NCBI GenBank assembly: GCA_963707985.1
Contig: CAVPRW010000045.1
Span: 32,001-96,000, forward strand
Origin: an uncultured Nitrospinota bacterium
GTDB lineage: Bacteria > Tectomicrobia > Entotheonellia > J063 > CAVPRW01
Length of the DNA: 64,000 nucleotides
Direction of reading: 5' to 3'
The notes under the pieces are model-generated. The model was not told the DNA's origin and did not search any database. It saw nothing but the letters and a program-made list of their open reading frames with translations. Shown one piece after another: positions 22,222-33,449 of the stretch. A program made the translations under genes and the position numbers. The stretch's first letter is position 1, and each line of letters begins with the position of its first letter.

Positions 22222-24413
22222 CGTTTGTCCCGTACGTGGCCTTATCTTCCCGGATAATGGCGCGTTGAGACCTTGGAGCAGACAATAGATCATCACCAAG
22301 GCACTGCTCGACGCTTTTGAATCCACCGGTATTCTGGATATACCTGGCTACGGCGGCTAATTTTTCTTCAATGGCCATGTCGCGCTTCCAGATGTGCCTG
22401 AGTTGCCAAATCGCAAGCCTGATAATATGGCCGAAGATGAGGCATCGGACGTCCCCTCGCGTCGGCAGGACAGTCCCTGCGCGCAGACTCTCGGTGTCTT
22501 CACGCACGAGGTTGGCAATATCTCCAGGCATTTCCACAATCCAACGCCGAGGAACTTTGCCTGTCACCCGACATACGAAGACCGTATCGATGATGGACGA
22601 ACCAGTTTTGTGGATATGGATCGACCCGCCCATCTCAGCTGGACATGGGAGCGATGCCGAGCACGTCAGACCAGCGTCAAGGATAGCAACGGCTATCGGG
22701 TAATATGCCTCCAGGGAATTGTGGTGATACGTAAAAACAAAGGGGGCACCCGGCTTGAGAGCCTGGGTCATGCGACAGAAGCTTTCTGAAAGCCCTGCTG
22801 CAAAATGATTGACGCCTCGCTCCATCGTGACATTGCCAGTAAGTTCATTGGCGTTCCTCGTTGATACGGCTTGGAAAGCACGATCCGTTTTTCCCACTAA
22901 ACGTCGCAGCCATACGTAACAGAAATCCATCAACTCTGCGTACTGCACGTTCCCGAAGTAGGGTGGATCGGTAAGGACCGCATCCAAAGAGGCTGGTGCC
23001 ATGTGGGCTAGCGTAGCGCTTTCACAATGTAAGGCGACTTGACGCCGTTCAGGACCGCTCGTGCCGTTTCTCCGATCGCCTATCCACTCCCCTGGTATCA
23101 GTACCTGGACCTTGTGCTTGCCGTGATGTAGGAGCTCAAAGGGCTGGACGCAGTATGTCTTGGCTTTCATATACTTCTCTACAATATTGATCCAGCCCCC
23201 ACTGCCAATGTTTGTCCCTGTGCGCCTGTTGGCTATACCGAGGATATTCGATTCGCACTGAACGAGACCGACTGGAAAGCCATGCACAGAAAAAATGTCC
23301 AAGGACTTGAGGGCCATTGTGTCGTAGCGACACAGCATATTTTGATAACGCAGGAGATCTGATAAATTGGTCGCCAGAGCATTCCGCACCCGTTCATCAC
23401 TGCATCGCGCGATGGCTCGACAACTGAGTTCAAGCCCCAGCAGTTGCCTGGCGTTAAACATCTCCCGGTAGTGCTGATACCCCCATCTGTGAAGGCGGTC
23501 GGTTTCGTCGCCTCCTGGTATCTGGTCATCGGGAATAAAGAGCGGCTCTATTGTATGCACGATCGCATCGGCTTCGGCATACCTTTCCAGGTCTGCACTA
23601 TCTGGGGTCTTGAAGAACCGTCCTGTGCGTTGTGGCCTGCATTGCTTACAGTGATATTCGATGGCAAACATGCGGTGTTGGGGGGGACCAGCCTTCGCAT
23701 CAGGATAGGAATTAACCGCGTGGCAATGGGGACACTGGCACCGATTGCCCTTGGCGGGCCCCAAGCGAGAAAGCCGCGCGTTACACGCCTGACACACACC
23801 TGGGTTTTGCCGATCTTGGGTTTCGGTTAAGGCACCGCATGTGGGACAGATAAAGACGTTTTGCGGATGCCGTCGGTCCTCAGCAAGGAGATACCCAGGA
23901 AAGAGGTCGACATGTTGGCCACACTGGTGACATGCCTGCGTTTTGACCCAGAGAAAGTATTTCACGTCAGCGTCTGGTGCACTACAATACATGGCATTGT
24001 GTTCTGTAGAACGAACCCAGCTTATTTTCAAGCCAGACCATAAGCTTGTCAGCGGCTTGGCGGTAGGCGTGAAGATCAAGGGAAGTGATCTCTTGGTTGA
24101 CAATCCAGTATGCCATGGGATTGATGTCGTAGCCGATAACAGCGCACCCAAGCCTATTAGCTTCAAGCAAGGGTGTCCCACCACCCATGAAAGGATCGGC
24201 CACTTGAAGACCTTTCAGATCATTCGTCTTGAAATATATTTCACGTAGTGCACCATGCCCGAATTCGGATAAGAGTAGCGAGCGAAACAATGTCCCTGGA
24301 CGGCGAGCAAACCATTTGTGAACAGCGATCACTGGCCTGTAATTTTGCTGAATTTGTTTTTCACGTAAGGCCATTGCTGCAACAAAAGACACATCATAAT
24401 CTTTCTCTATCAT
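22199..24413 (-). CDS. Amino (adenine/N4C) DNA methyltransferase, DUF1156-like with Zn-ribbon insert; +1 frameshift near 23993
   Basis: HKWFARR, DPFMGGG (motif I), several CxxC pairs, TDPPY (motif IV); two ORFs join at YRTQC/MYC. Confidence 0.85.
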
Positions 24414-25229
24414 GCAGTCCTCTAAGGAACACTATGGATTAGAACTGCGAGACCCCATTGCCGGCGCAGCCGTGTGTCTTTCATCTCCGCATACTGCGCT
24501 GAGCTGATCCGTGGTGCCGCGCTCGGCGCTGGCGCTGATACCCATCGAGAGGATGCTTTCGGCCATAGGGTTGAACTCCTGCCGCACCCGGCCATGGAGA
24601 TGTCGAGCCGCAGCCGGTTTCGCGCCATGACCGTTACCTCCGAGCACGTCACAGGAATGCGACGCCAACTGCATCCTCGGCCGGGGCCGCCTTCAGGACT
24701 TCGACTGGGCCGAGCAGCCCTTCGACGAGATTAACAGCGTGACTCACCGGCGACATGATCGCAAACATATACCCAGCGCATCTATCTCCCCAGGCGCCTT
24801 GCCCGAGGCAAGCCCCCCACGGCACCCTCACGACCCTACCCTACCCCATCGTGCGGCACCATGTCCAGCCCCAGGCTAGCTGCGCCGCCCCAGCCTGTGC
24901 CCCGGAGCGCGGCAAGGGCGACCGGTATACCCGAGGCGTGCAACATGCACCCCCCAGGCGCGGCGTATGCTGCTGGCGGGTGCCAGCGGCTCAAGCCTTC
25001 CACATCGTTACATTGTGTGCCACTCGGACTCTCATCTCCCTTGACATACGGAACGTATCACGGCAGGATTGGTCCATCTCCCATCTTTCTCGTCAGACAT
25101 CTCCATGTTCCATGATCAGCTGCTGATGATTGCTAGGACACACCACATACCGCGTCTTCGGCGGTCCGAGCACAACGGGAGGAGGGAAGCCACGAAGCGG
25201 AGCACGGGACGGATACTCACGACGCACGC

Positions 25230-25394
25230 AGGATAGTGAGATACGCCAACATCATGGGACGCGACAACGTGATCGCTGGCACGGACTGTGGGTATGGGAA
25301 CCGTGTGTACCCAGACATCGCTTGGGCCAAGATGCAAGCCATGGCGGAAGGTGCAGCACTGGCCACTCAGCAACTCTGGTCCCGATCAAGGTAA
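25230..25394 (+). pseudogene. C-terminal remnant of a second MetE-II-like paralog
   Basis: Hand translation RIVRYANIMGRDNVIAGTDCGYGNRVYPDIAWAKMQAMAEGAALATQQLW parallels the end of the next gene. Confidence 0.8.
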
Positions 25395-25405
25395 GGAGAC
25401 TCACG

Positions 25406-26551
25406 ATGCAGCGGAGCATACAGCGTATCCTGACCACTCACACCGGCAGCTTGCCACGACCCGACGACCTGCTTGAGATGCTCATGGCCAGGGAGGAGGG
25501 CCGTTTGCACGACATGCAGGGCTTCCAGGCTCGCGTGCGTGAAGCCGTCGGCGAGTGCGTCCGCAAGCAGAGAGACACCGGCCTGGACATCGTCAATGAC
25601 GGCGAGTGGAGCAAGCCTGACTACTCGACCTACGTCAAAAACCGTTTTACCGGTTTCGAGGGCGAGCCGACGCCAACCGACACCGGTCGGGACATGCTCG
25701 ACTTCCCCGAATACGCCCCCTTCCGCCGTTCCGGCGTGCAGCAGAGGTTGCGCCCTAAGTGCAACGGCCCGATCGCCTGGAAGGACTTCGACGCCGTCAG
25801 ACGCGACATCGACAACCTCAAGGCCGCTGCCGGCAATGCCGCAGAGGTCTTCATGACGGCAGTATCGCCCGGCCAGGTGGCGCGCTTCCAGGGCAACAGC
25901 TACTACAGGTCAGACGAGGAGTACCTGTGGGCGCTTGCTGACGTCCTCAAAGAGGAGTACAAGGCGATCACCGACGCCGGCTTCACGCTGCAGCTCGATT
26001 GCCCGGACCTGGCCTCCGGCTGGAATGGGCAGTTCCGCTCACTGACGCTCGCGGAGTTTCGCAAGGTCGTCGACCTGCACCTCGAGGTGCTCAACGCCGC
26101 CACCAAAGACATTCCGCCCGATCGTATGCGCCTCCATCTCTGCTGGGGCAACTATGAGGGCCCGCACAATCACGACATTCCCTTGCGTGAGATCATCGAG
26201 CCGGTGCTGCAGGCACGGCCCGCGGCGGTCTGCTTCGAGGGCGCCAACCCCCGTCACGAGCACGAATGGACCGTCTTCGAAGACGTGAAGCTGCCCGACG
26301 GGAAATGCCTCGTCCCAGGCGTCATCGACTCGACGACCAATTTCATCGAGCACCCGGAGCTTGTCGCCCAGCGCATCGCACGTTATGCGGAGGTCGTGGG
26401 GCGGGAGAATGTCGTTGCAGGCGTCGACTGCGGTTTCGCGACCTTCGCTGGTGCGCCCACCGTGGTGCCGACGATTGTCTGGGCGAAGCTCGGTGCCCTC
26501 GCTGAGGGCGCACGAATCGCCAGCAACAAGCTGTGGGCACACCCTACATGA
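25406..26551 (+). CDS. Cobalamin-independent methionine synthase II family protein
   Basis: ILTTHTGSLPRP, DGE, HLCWGN, EGANPRHEHE and DCGF Zn motifs; AAGGAG RBS. Confidence 0.9.
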   Translation: MQRSIQRILTTHTGSLPRPDDLLEMLMAREEGRLHDMQGFQARVREAVGECVRKQRDTGLDIVNDGEWSKPDYSTYVKNRFTGFEGEPTPTDTGRDMLDFPEYAPFRRSGVQQRLRPKCNGPIAWKDFDAVRRDIDNLKAAAGNAAEVFMTAVSPGQVARFQGNSYYRSDEEYLWALADVLKEEYKAITDAGFTLQLDCPDLASGWNGQFRSLTLAEFRKVVDLHLEVLNAATKDIPPDRMRLHLCWGNYEGPHNHDIPLREIIEPVLQARPAAVCFEGANPRHEHEWTVFEDVKLPDGKCLVPGVIDSTTNFIEHPELVAQRIARYAEVVGRENVVAGVDCGFATFAGAPTVVPTIVWAKLGALAEGARIASNKLWAHPT

Positions 26552-26592
26552 AAGGAAAGCGCCAGCGATGTGACGACACGATGAGCGGTGAC

Positions 26593-27994
26593 TAGTACAG
26601 CTTGGCGAAACCAACTTTTTGGTTGAGTATGCACCCCTCCCAACATGTGCAGACAGCCCAGCTATCTCGAGCCGTAGGAGGAGTGCAGATGCGCCCACCA
26701 CGAGGTCCTCGTCCGCTCGTCGATTCTGCTCACGGACCGGCAGCGTGCCATGCTGGAAGACACGGTTCACAGCCGGCGGCGACCGCACGACGAAGTCCAG
26801 CGGGCCACCATCATCCTCCAGAGTGCGGACGGGGCCCGGACCCGGCATCTGGCCGAGGCGCTGCGGGTCAGCGCCCCGACGGTCCGGCTCTGGCGTGGGC
26901 GCTGGGCCCAGGCCGCCCCGCAGCTGGCGGCCGCGGAAGCGGAGGCCGACGACGAGACCTTGCGCGGCCTCCTCCAGCAGGTCTTACACGATGCGCCCCG
27001 CCGTGGACGGCCGGCCACGTTTACCGCAGAGCAGCTCTGCCAGATCGTCGCCGTTGCCTGTGAAGTTCCCGAGGCTGCCGACCGGCCGGTGAGCCACTGG
27101 ACACCCCGAGAATTAGCCGATGCAGTGATTAAACGTGGCATTGTGCCAACCATTTCCCCGCGCAGCGTCGGGCGTTTTTTAACAGGAGGCGGACTTAAAA
27201 CCGCATCAGTCGCGGTATTGGCTCAATCATGACCGGGCGGCGGACCCGCAGCCAATTTGACACTGATGTCCAGACGATCTGCGAGTTGTATCACCAGGCC
27301 CAAGAGCGACATGAACACGGGGTACATGTCGTGAGCACGGATGAGAAGACCGGCATTCAGGCCAATGAGCGGGCCCATCCAACACGGCCCGTGCAGCCAG
27401 GCCTGGTGGAACGCGTGGAATTTGAATACATCCGTCATGGAACCCAGACGTTGATCGCCAATTTTGAGGTCGCGACAGGACACGTTATCGCGCCCTCCGT
27501 GGGCCTGACCAGGACCGAAGAGGATTTTGTGAGACACATTGAGCGCACGATTGCGCTTGATCCTGCCGCGGGGTGGATTTTTATCGCCGATCATCTCAAC
27601 ACGCATCAATCCGAATCCCTGGTCCAGTTGGTCGCTGAACAGTGTGGGATTGAAGAGGCGTGAGGCGTGAAAGGGAAATCTGGTATTTTAGCGTCCATGC
27701 CCACGCGCGCAGCATTCTTACAAGATCCGACGCATCGCATCCGATTTGTCTATACCCCAAAGCATACGTCCTGGTTGAATCAGGTGGAAATCTGGTTGAG
27801 CATCCTCGTGCGGCGGCTACTCAAACGGGCCAGTTTCACCTCCGTTGACGAGCTCCGCGAGCGGCTCATAGCCTTTATCGACTATTTCAACACGACCATG
27901 GCCAAGCCGTTCAAGTGGACCTCTGCAGGGCGTCCGTTAGTCGCGTATCCATTGGCAGCTTCAACAAGAAAAAAACTTCCGCCAAGCTGTACTA
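26593..27994 (+). mobile_element. IS630-family element (transposase ~26689-27940, disrupted)
   Basis: Terminal IRs tagtacagcttggcgaaa / ttccgccaagctgtacta, each within [34 protein letters not shown]. Confidence 0.92.
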
Positions 27995-28105
27995 GGGTGA
28001 TGCATACGGGTGCTAACCTGCCCGCTTGTGGTTGCTACGGATTTTCTGGACCCACAGCTGTGGGATGTAGCCTTACGGAGTGCTGGGGTTGTCAGAGCGA
28101 CTCAG

Positions 28106-28633
28106 CTATGAGAGCTTCCTGACAAGGGCCATCATAGCCACCCCTGGGCTTATGAGCACAATCTCGCGTCCGATCGCCCGCAGAAGATACCAAGGCCCGC
28201 CTCTCGTCGCGGCATGGTGGCCCGACTTTTTGAAAGTTATTCCCAGAAGCCACGGTCGCCGCACCTGATATCGTCGACATGAGAAGGGCCAGCCTAGCAT
28301 GAGTGCGCGACCTGGATTCAAGCAATCGAGGCCCACATGGGACCCGTACGCCAGGAAAATCAGCCCAGCCTTCAGCAGCCAGGGCATCGGCGACCACGTC
28401 CACAGCGACGCTCCCGTAGCTGCCACGATGAAAGCGGCGATGATCGTGTGGCTGGGGCCCCGATGTATGGCGCGGGGATTCCCGACGAAAAGTCCCGGAA
28501 TGAAATCGGCGTCTGGCAGGTTGGCACTGATAAGACAGACAGCCCAGGCCTCCCAGGCCTGGGGCATGCCTGGTGGAATGAGCGCAAGCGCTACGGCACA
28601 CCCTGCCAGAGTATGACCAATCGGTGAGGGCAT
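28106..28633 (-). CDS. Membrane-bound metal-dependent hydrolase (YdjM/DUF457-like)
   Basis: MPSPIGH, NLPD.D, HRGPSHT and SHVGLD motifs. Confidence 0.8.
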   Translation of the reverse strand: MPSPIGHTLAGCAVALALIPPGMPQAWEAWAVCLISANLPDADFIPGLFVGNPRAIHRGPSHTIIAAFIVAATGASLWTWSPMPWLLKAGLIFLAYGSHVGLDCLNPGRALMLGWPFSCRRYQVRRPWLLGITFKKSGHHAATRGGPWYLLRAIGREIVLISPGVAMMALVRKLS

Positions 28634-28990
28634 CACTTCCTCCACAGCAATCATGGCATTACACCACCCAGCACGACCCGCATCGGCTCGCACGACGGAA
28701 ATCCGCTCCTCGCCGTTAGCTTTCCCTATGATAGCAGCAGGCATGAGACCTACGCTAGGGGATGGCGCCCTGCCTGCCAACGTGTGAGGGGGGAGCAAAC
28801 GGGAACCCATCGTGAGGGGTGGATTGGATGACTTCTGCGAGGAGGGGGATCTATAAGGAGGATGGTGGCACGGCAGCTCACCACCATCCTGGTGAAGATT
28901 CGACGCTATTGAGAGGGACAGAACCGCGCCTTTCATTTCGTGGCGTGGCCGTCGCTCTTTGCCCCTCAACAAGACGTGGATGTCAACCGC

Positions 28991-29311
28991 CTAGCGTTTC
29001 ACCATCAAGTTGCGGGCATCAACCTGCCTGACGCCTTGAGTACTCCGGGCCAATTGGATGGCCCTCTGACGCTCCTGCTCGCTCGTCACAATGCCGTTCA
29101 GACTTACAGTCCCAGCCAGCGTATCGACATCGATCGCCGCGGCACTGACGACCGGGTCGGCAATAAGGCTAGATTTCACTTTGGCGGTGATGGCGGTATC
29201 ATCGTAGGCTTCGCTAACGCTCTGACGACCTGTCATCGCCGTACAGCCCATGAGGATCAGCACCACGAGGACGACAGCCGCTTGCGCTTTGCAGAGATTT
29301 AAGAGTTTCAT
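28991..29311 (-). CDS. BON-domain (OsmY-like) lipoprotein; reading frame stays open upstream to 29530
   Basis: LMGC lipobox; DDTAITAKVKS.L..D....A..IDVDT..G.V.L.G.V. Confidence 0.85.
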   Translation of the reverse strand: MKLLNLCKAQAAVVLVVLILMGCTAMTGRQSVSEAYDDTAITAKVKSSLIADPVVSAAAIDVDTLAGTVSLNGIVTSEQERQRAIQLARSTQGVRQVDARNLMVKR

Positions 29312-30137
29312 TGTACCCCCGTTCCGGACCGCCCCCATGGTAGCGCTCAGTGCTTCCCCTAGGGCTTGAGCCCTGGACTGAAGCCCATTGCGGGCGACAC
29401 TACCCTGATATTGTCCCCACTCGATCAGGGTGTGACCCAATGCCTGTAGATTGGTGCGGAGCTGAGCGACCTGCTCCTGAATCGTTTCAACATTGTGTGA
29501 ATCATTCTCCGATGCGGGATTTTTAGCCATGACTCGGCTCTCCTCTGTAGAGAGATTGTAGGTCCACGGCCGCACACTGCACCGGCTGCCGCACCCCGCG
29601 GATTTAATGGCGTTCTCGCACGTGTCTTTCACGCGCAGGCTGCCACCGTGACGGTGCAAGGTCGATGCCCGTCCATCAGTGCTGAGATCTCTGTCATCGG
29701 CGCACCCACACTGGAGGGTTGGGACGCCTGAGGCCGCGGTGGGCGGTGAGGGCACGGACGCAAGCATAGAGGGAATGCCGATGCTGGCGCAACGTGTGAA
29801 GCGCTGCTTCTGAAGAGCTCCTGAACTCAGCAGCTATCCCACTCATTTTGAGAGGTACTCACGTTCGGCCTGCCAATTTGAGAGGATTATCCTCTTGGGT
29901 TCCCTTTCGTCTTTGCGTATCCAACTCCTGAAGCCTCGCACGTATGGTGTCCACAAGGTTTGTGTTATAGTGGGTGCCGGAGTGAGTCTTCACCGGAGGC
30001 TTTCTTCATAGACTCATGCCGCGTCTGGGGCGAACGGCGTACCAACGACCTGCATGCCTCGACGACCGCTCTCGAATTCCGCCTGTCCGAAAAGGCGATT
30101 GGAGTTTTTCAACAGCCTACTTGAGGAGGAGCGCCCC

Positions 30138-30554
30138 ATGCCTGATCGATTATCCCTGAGTTTTGCGCAAGTCCAGGCGGCCATGAAGGCTATGACTGAT
30201 AAGGCGATGCAGACGCCCAATGAGCCCGTAGCCATGGCCATCGTGGACGACACTGGAAACCTGGTAGCCTACATCAAGATGGACAATCTCCGGCTGTTCA
30301 GTCGCCGTCACGCGCTCCGGAAGGCATACACGGCTGCTATTGTGGGTATAGATACGGGTGCCCATGCGCAGCGCTTGCATAGCCAAGGGAGAAGCATCAG
30401 CGAGTTGGGAGATGCCAATCTGACGCATGGCCAGGGAGGCCTGGTGATTATGAAAGATGGCGTCATTCTGGGAGGTATCGGCGTCGGTGGCTATCCCAGC
30501 GGCCAGCGAGATGAAGACCTGGCGCGTGTAGGGCTTGAGGCGATGAACGTGTAG
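30138..30554 (+). CDS. GlcG/HbpS family heme-binding protein
   Basis: AIVDDTG.L....MD, A.RKAYTA, GGIGVGG....DE.LA. Confidence 0.88.
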   Translation: MPDRLSLSFAQVQAAMKAMTDKAMQTPNEPVAMAIVDDTGNLVAYIKMDNLRLFSRRHALRKAYTAAIVGIDTGAHAQRLHSQGRSISELGDANLTHGQGGLVIMKDGVILGGIGVGGYPSGQRDEDLARVGLEAMNV

Positions 30555-30837
30555 CAGGGAATCGTCTTGCTAGCGATCCTCACTCACCGGGGATCGCTCA
30601 GAGATGCAAGAAGACCCAGCGGGGCGCTTCATCCGTTGTGAACCAGGCGAAGTCAGGCCAGTCGCGATCTGTCCGCTTCGGTAGGCCGGCTTCGCCAAGG
30701 CTCTATAGTCGTCCTGTGCAGACCATCTCCCCTGGTATTGCGTGACGCGTTGCGTCGTTACGTGATTCACTACATATTGAATTTTTAGTCAGAAAGTTTT
30801 ACTGGGTGCCTCGGCGTGAGGAGGAACATCCCAAAGC

Positions 30838-32903
30838 ATGGCTGAGTTCACGATATCCATACCGGACGAGTGTAGAGGAAATGAGTTGAGACTCAAAGCG
30901 GCACGAGACAACGATTTTCAGGTGCAAGGGATCCTCCGTCCATGGTAGAAACCTGGGAACATGTCGCCAAGTGTTCCGATGGTTGACCATGTCAGGAGGA
31001 TCCCCATGGACGCGCTCGAGGTCGAGACGAGTATCGCGGCAGGCGAGCAGGCGCTCCAGGCGTTGATCACGTGTGCCAGGGAGCGTGCCGGCACGCTTGA
31101 GGCGCACGAAGCGGAGCAGGGCATCTTCAAGCGGCTGCTGCCCATGGGGTTGGCGGCGATGAAGCGCTCCTTTGCCCAGTGCGGGACGGGCGATGTGGGA
31201 CCGGCCGTCACGCGGGCCGACGGGGCGTCCTGCCGCGGGAGACGCCGCTGCGAGGGCGGGACTCCTGTTCGCTCTTCGGCACGTTCCAGGTGGCCCGGAC
31301 CTGCGACCGCACAGCCCGGGGAGCCCGGGAGCGTCCCGCTGGACGCCCAGGTCAACCTGCCCGAGCGGTGCGACTCGTACGTCCTGCAGGAGTGGATGAC
31401 GTGGTGCGCGGTCGAGCCCCCGTTCAAGGAGCGTGCGAGCTGGTTCGAGCCGTGCTTCGCGCTCGAGTTGGCCGAGAGCGTCTTGATGGAGGTGGCCCAG
31501 GAGGCGCCTGAAGACTATGAGCGCTTCTCGGCGCAACGGCCTGTGGCGCCGGAAGAAAGCGCGGGAGCGCTCTTGGTCGTGCGTGTTGACGGCAAAGGCG
31601 TGCCCATGATGAAGGCAGAGGCGGTCACGCTGAAAGCCACGTGGGGCACGGGCGAGAAGCGGCAGCGGAAGAAGGCAGCACTGGTGGGGGTCTGCGACAC
31701 GGTTGACGCCAAGCCGCGCGTCGCCCGAGGCGCTCGCGGAACTCCTGGTCGATCCGGAAGCCGCACACGCACGCCAGCAGCGAGCCGGCACGGCGGACGA
31801 GGTGCCCCGAGCCCACCAGGTGCGTCGTGTGGCCAGCCTGGTGCGGACGAAGCCGGCGGTGATGGAGCTGATCAAGGCCGACGCGGAGCGCCGGGATACC
31901 CCAGCACCACCAACCTTTGGTCGTCTTGCTCGATGGCGCCCTCGGCCTGTGGAACTTGGCGCCCAAGCGCTGCAAGCCGTGGAAGCGCGTGACGTCTGTC
32001 CTCGACCTCATACCCGTGGTGAGCTCCCTGTGGACCGCGGCCAATGCCTTGTGCCCCGAAGGCTCCAGGGGCGGAAAGCCTTGGGTGCAGGCGAAGCTGA
32101 CCGCCATGCTGCGCGGCCGAGTGGGTGACGTCATCGGCGGTCTGCGCCCGCTCCTCACGAAGGGAAGGCTGCGGAAGTCGGTACGGGAGACGCTCGCGCA
32201 CGTCATCACCTGCTTCCAGAACCACCGGCGCTGGATGCAGTACGACGCATAGCTGGCGATGGGCTTGCCCGTCGGAACCGGCGTCGTGGAGTCGGCGTGC
32301 GGTGCCGTCGTGAAGCACCGGATGGAAGGCGAAGGCACGCGGTGGAGCCTGCAAGGGGCCGAGGCCGATGCTGGCGTTGCGCTCGCTCACGAAGAGCCAC
32401 GACCATGATCGCCGTGACGACTGGCGGTTCCGTGCCCGCCAGGTGCGCACTCGCCTCTACGCGCGCAAACCGAAATTCTGGCCCACTGCACGATTGAAGC
32501 GTGTCGCGTGACTCGACTCAAAACGGTCACACTCATACCGGATACACTTGCCCAACGGGCCTCGAGCCGCGTCCAGGACCGACTCCCAGAGCTGTTGAGT
32601 CAGTTGGTCGAAGTGCTCTCTCCGAGCGGTACCTCTGCAGATAGATTGTTCTTGGTTGCCCAGCCGACAGACGTCACGCTCGCTTATGAGGAGGTCCTCG
32701 AGTTTTTGCTCAATCGTCGTACTCCCGAGACTATCGTCGCATTCAACGTCTCACCGGCAGCCCAAGCCCATATCCGTACCCTCCTCGAGAACAAGCGCGA
32801 AGCCACGCTGAACGCAGCGGAAACCGCTGAACTCGATTTATACGAGCAACTTAAGCGTCTTATGATGCTGCTGAAAGCAAAGGCCCGTACGCAACTCAAA
32901 TAA
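30838..32903 (+). pseudogene. Small putative antitoxin gene interrupted by ISKra4 (30838-30867 + 32544-32903)
   Basis: MAEFTISIPD before the IS continues as IPDTLAQR...LLENKREATL...E.AELD.Y after it; abuts the HNH gene. Confidence 0.7.
30868..32534 (+). mobile_element. ISKra4-family element, degenerate
   Basis: [30 protein letters not shown]; imperfect IRs gagtgtag..gagttgag / ctcgactc..cacactc; 9-bp TSD ataccggac/ataccggat. Confidence 0.88.
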
Positions 32904-33349
32904 ATGAATGCTCTATCCGTCCCTCCTTCCCTGCGACGATTGGTAACCGAGCGTGCCCAAGGGAAATGCGAGTATCGCCTGATACACCAGGACGTCTCCA
33001 TATATACCCACGAAATTGATCACATCATCGCCCTCAAACACGGTGGCCACACTGAACCAGATAACCTTGCTTGCTCTGGCTTGCCTGCCGTGCAACCGCT
33101 ACAAAGGAGCTCGACCTCACAAGTTTCGATTCGCTCACCAATGTAGTGGTTCTACTATTTAATTCACGCCGCGACACTTGGACCGAACATTTCGTTTTGG
33201 ACGGAGCGCGCATTATTGGTGTCACCCCAACAGGCGGGGCGACTGTCTTGCTGCTCAAGCTTAATGCTTCCATCCGCTTCTTGCATCGTCATGAGGCAAT
33301 TGAAGAATTAGCGTACCCAAGTCTGGACTCACGTTCAATTGTCGGATAA
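32904..33349 (+). pseudogene. HNH endonuclease, frameshifted
   Basis: V.ERA.G.CEY, HEIDHII..KHGG.T..DNLA, LFN.R.D.W.EHF, TPTG.AT..LL.LN. Confidence 0.85.
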
Positions 33350-33449
33350 GGCCGATGTTGGTGAGTGAATGGAGACACACCTCTCCTGTGCCCCGCAGAG
33401 ATTTTTGAGGCGAGCAGGTCATCAGTGTGTTGTCAAAGAACCGTATCTT

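Noticed and set aside
25130..25405. N-terminal extension of the MetE-II ORF
   Set aside because: The real start is ATG 25406 with an RBS; the region encodes a paralog remnant in another frame
13618..26551. Riboswitch, cbiMNQO and MetE-II as one B12 regulon
   Set aside because: The MetE-II gene is about 8 kb away, on the opposite strand and separated by unrelated genes
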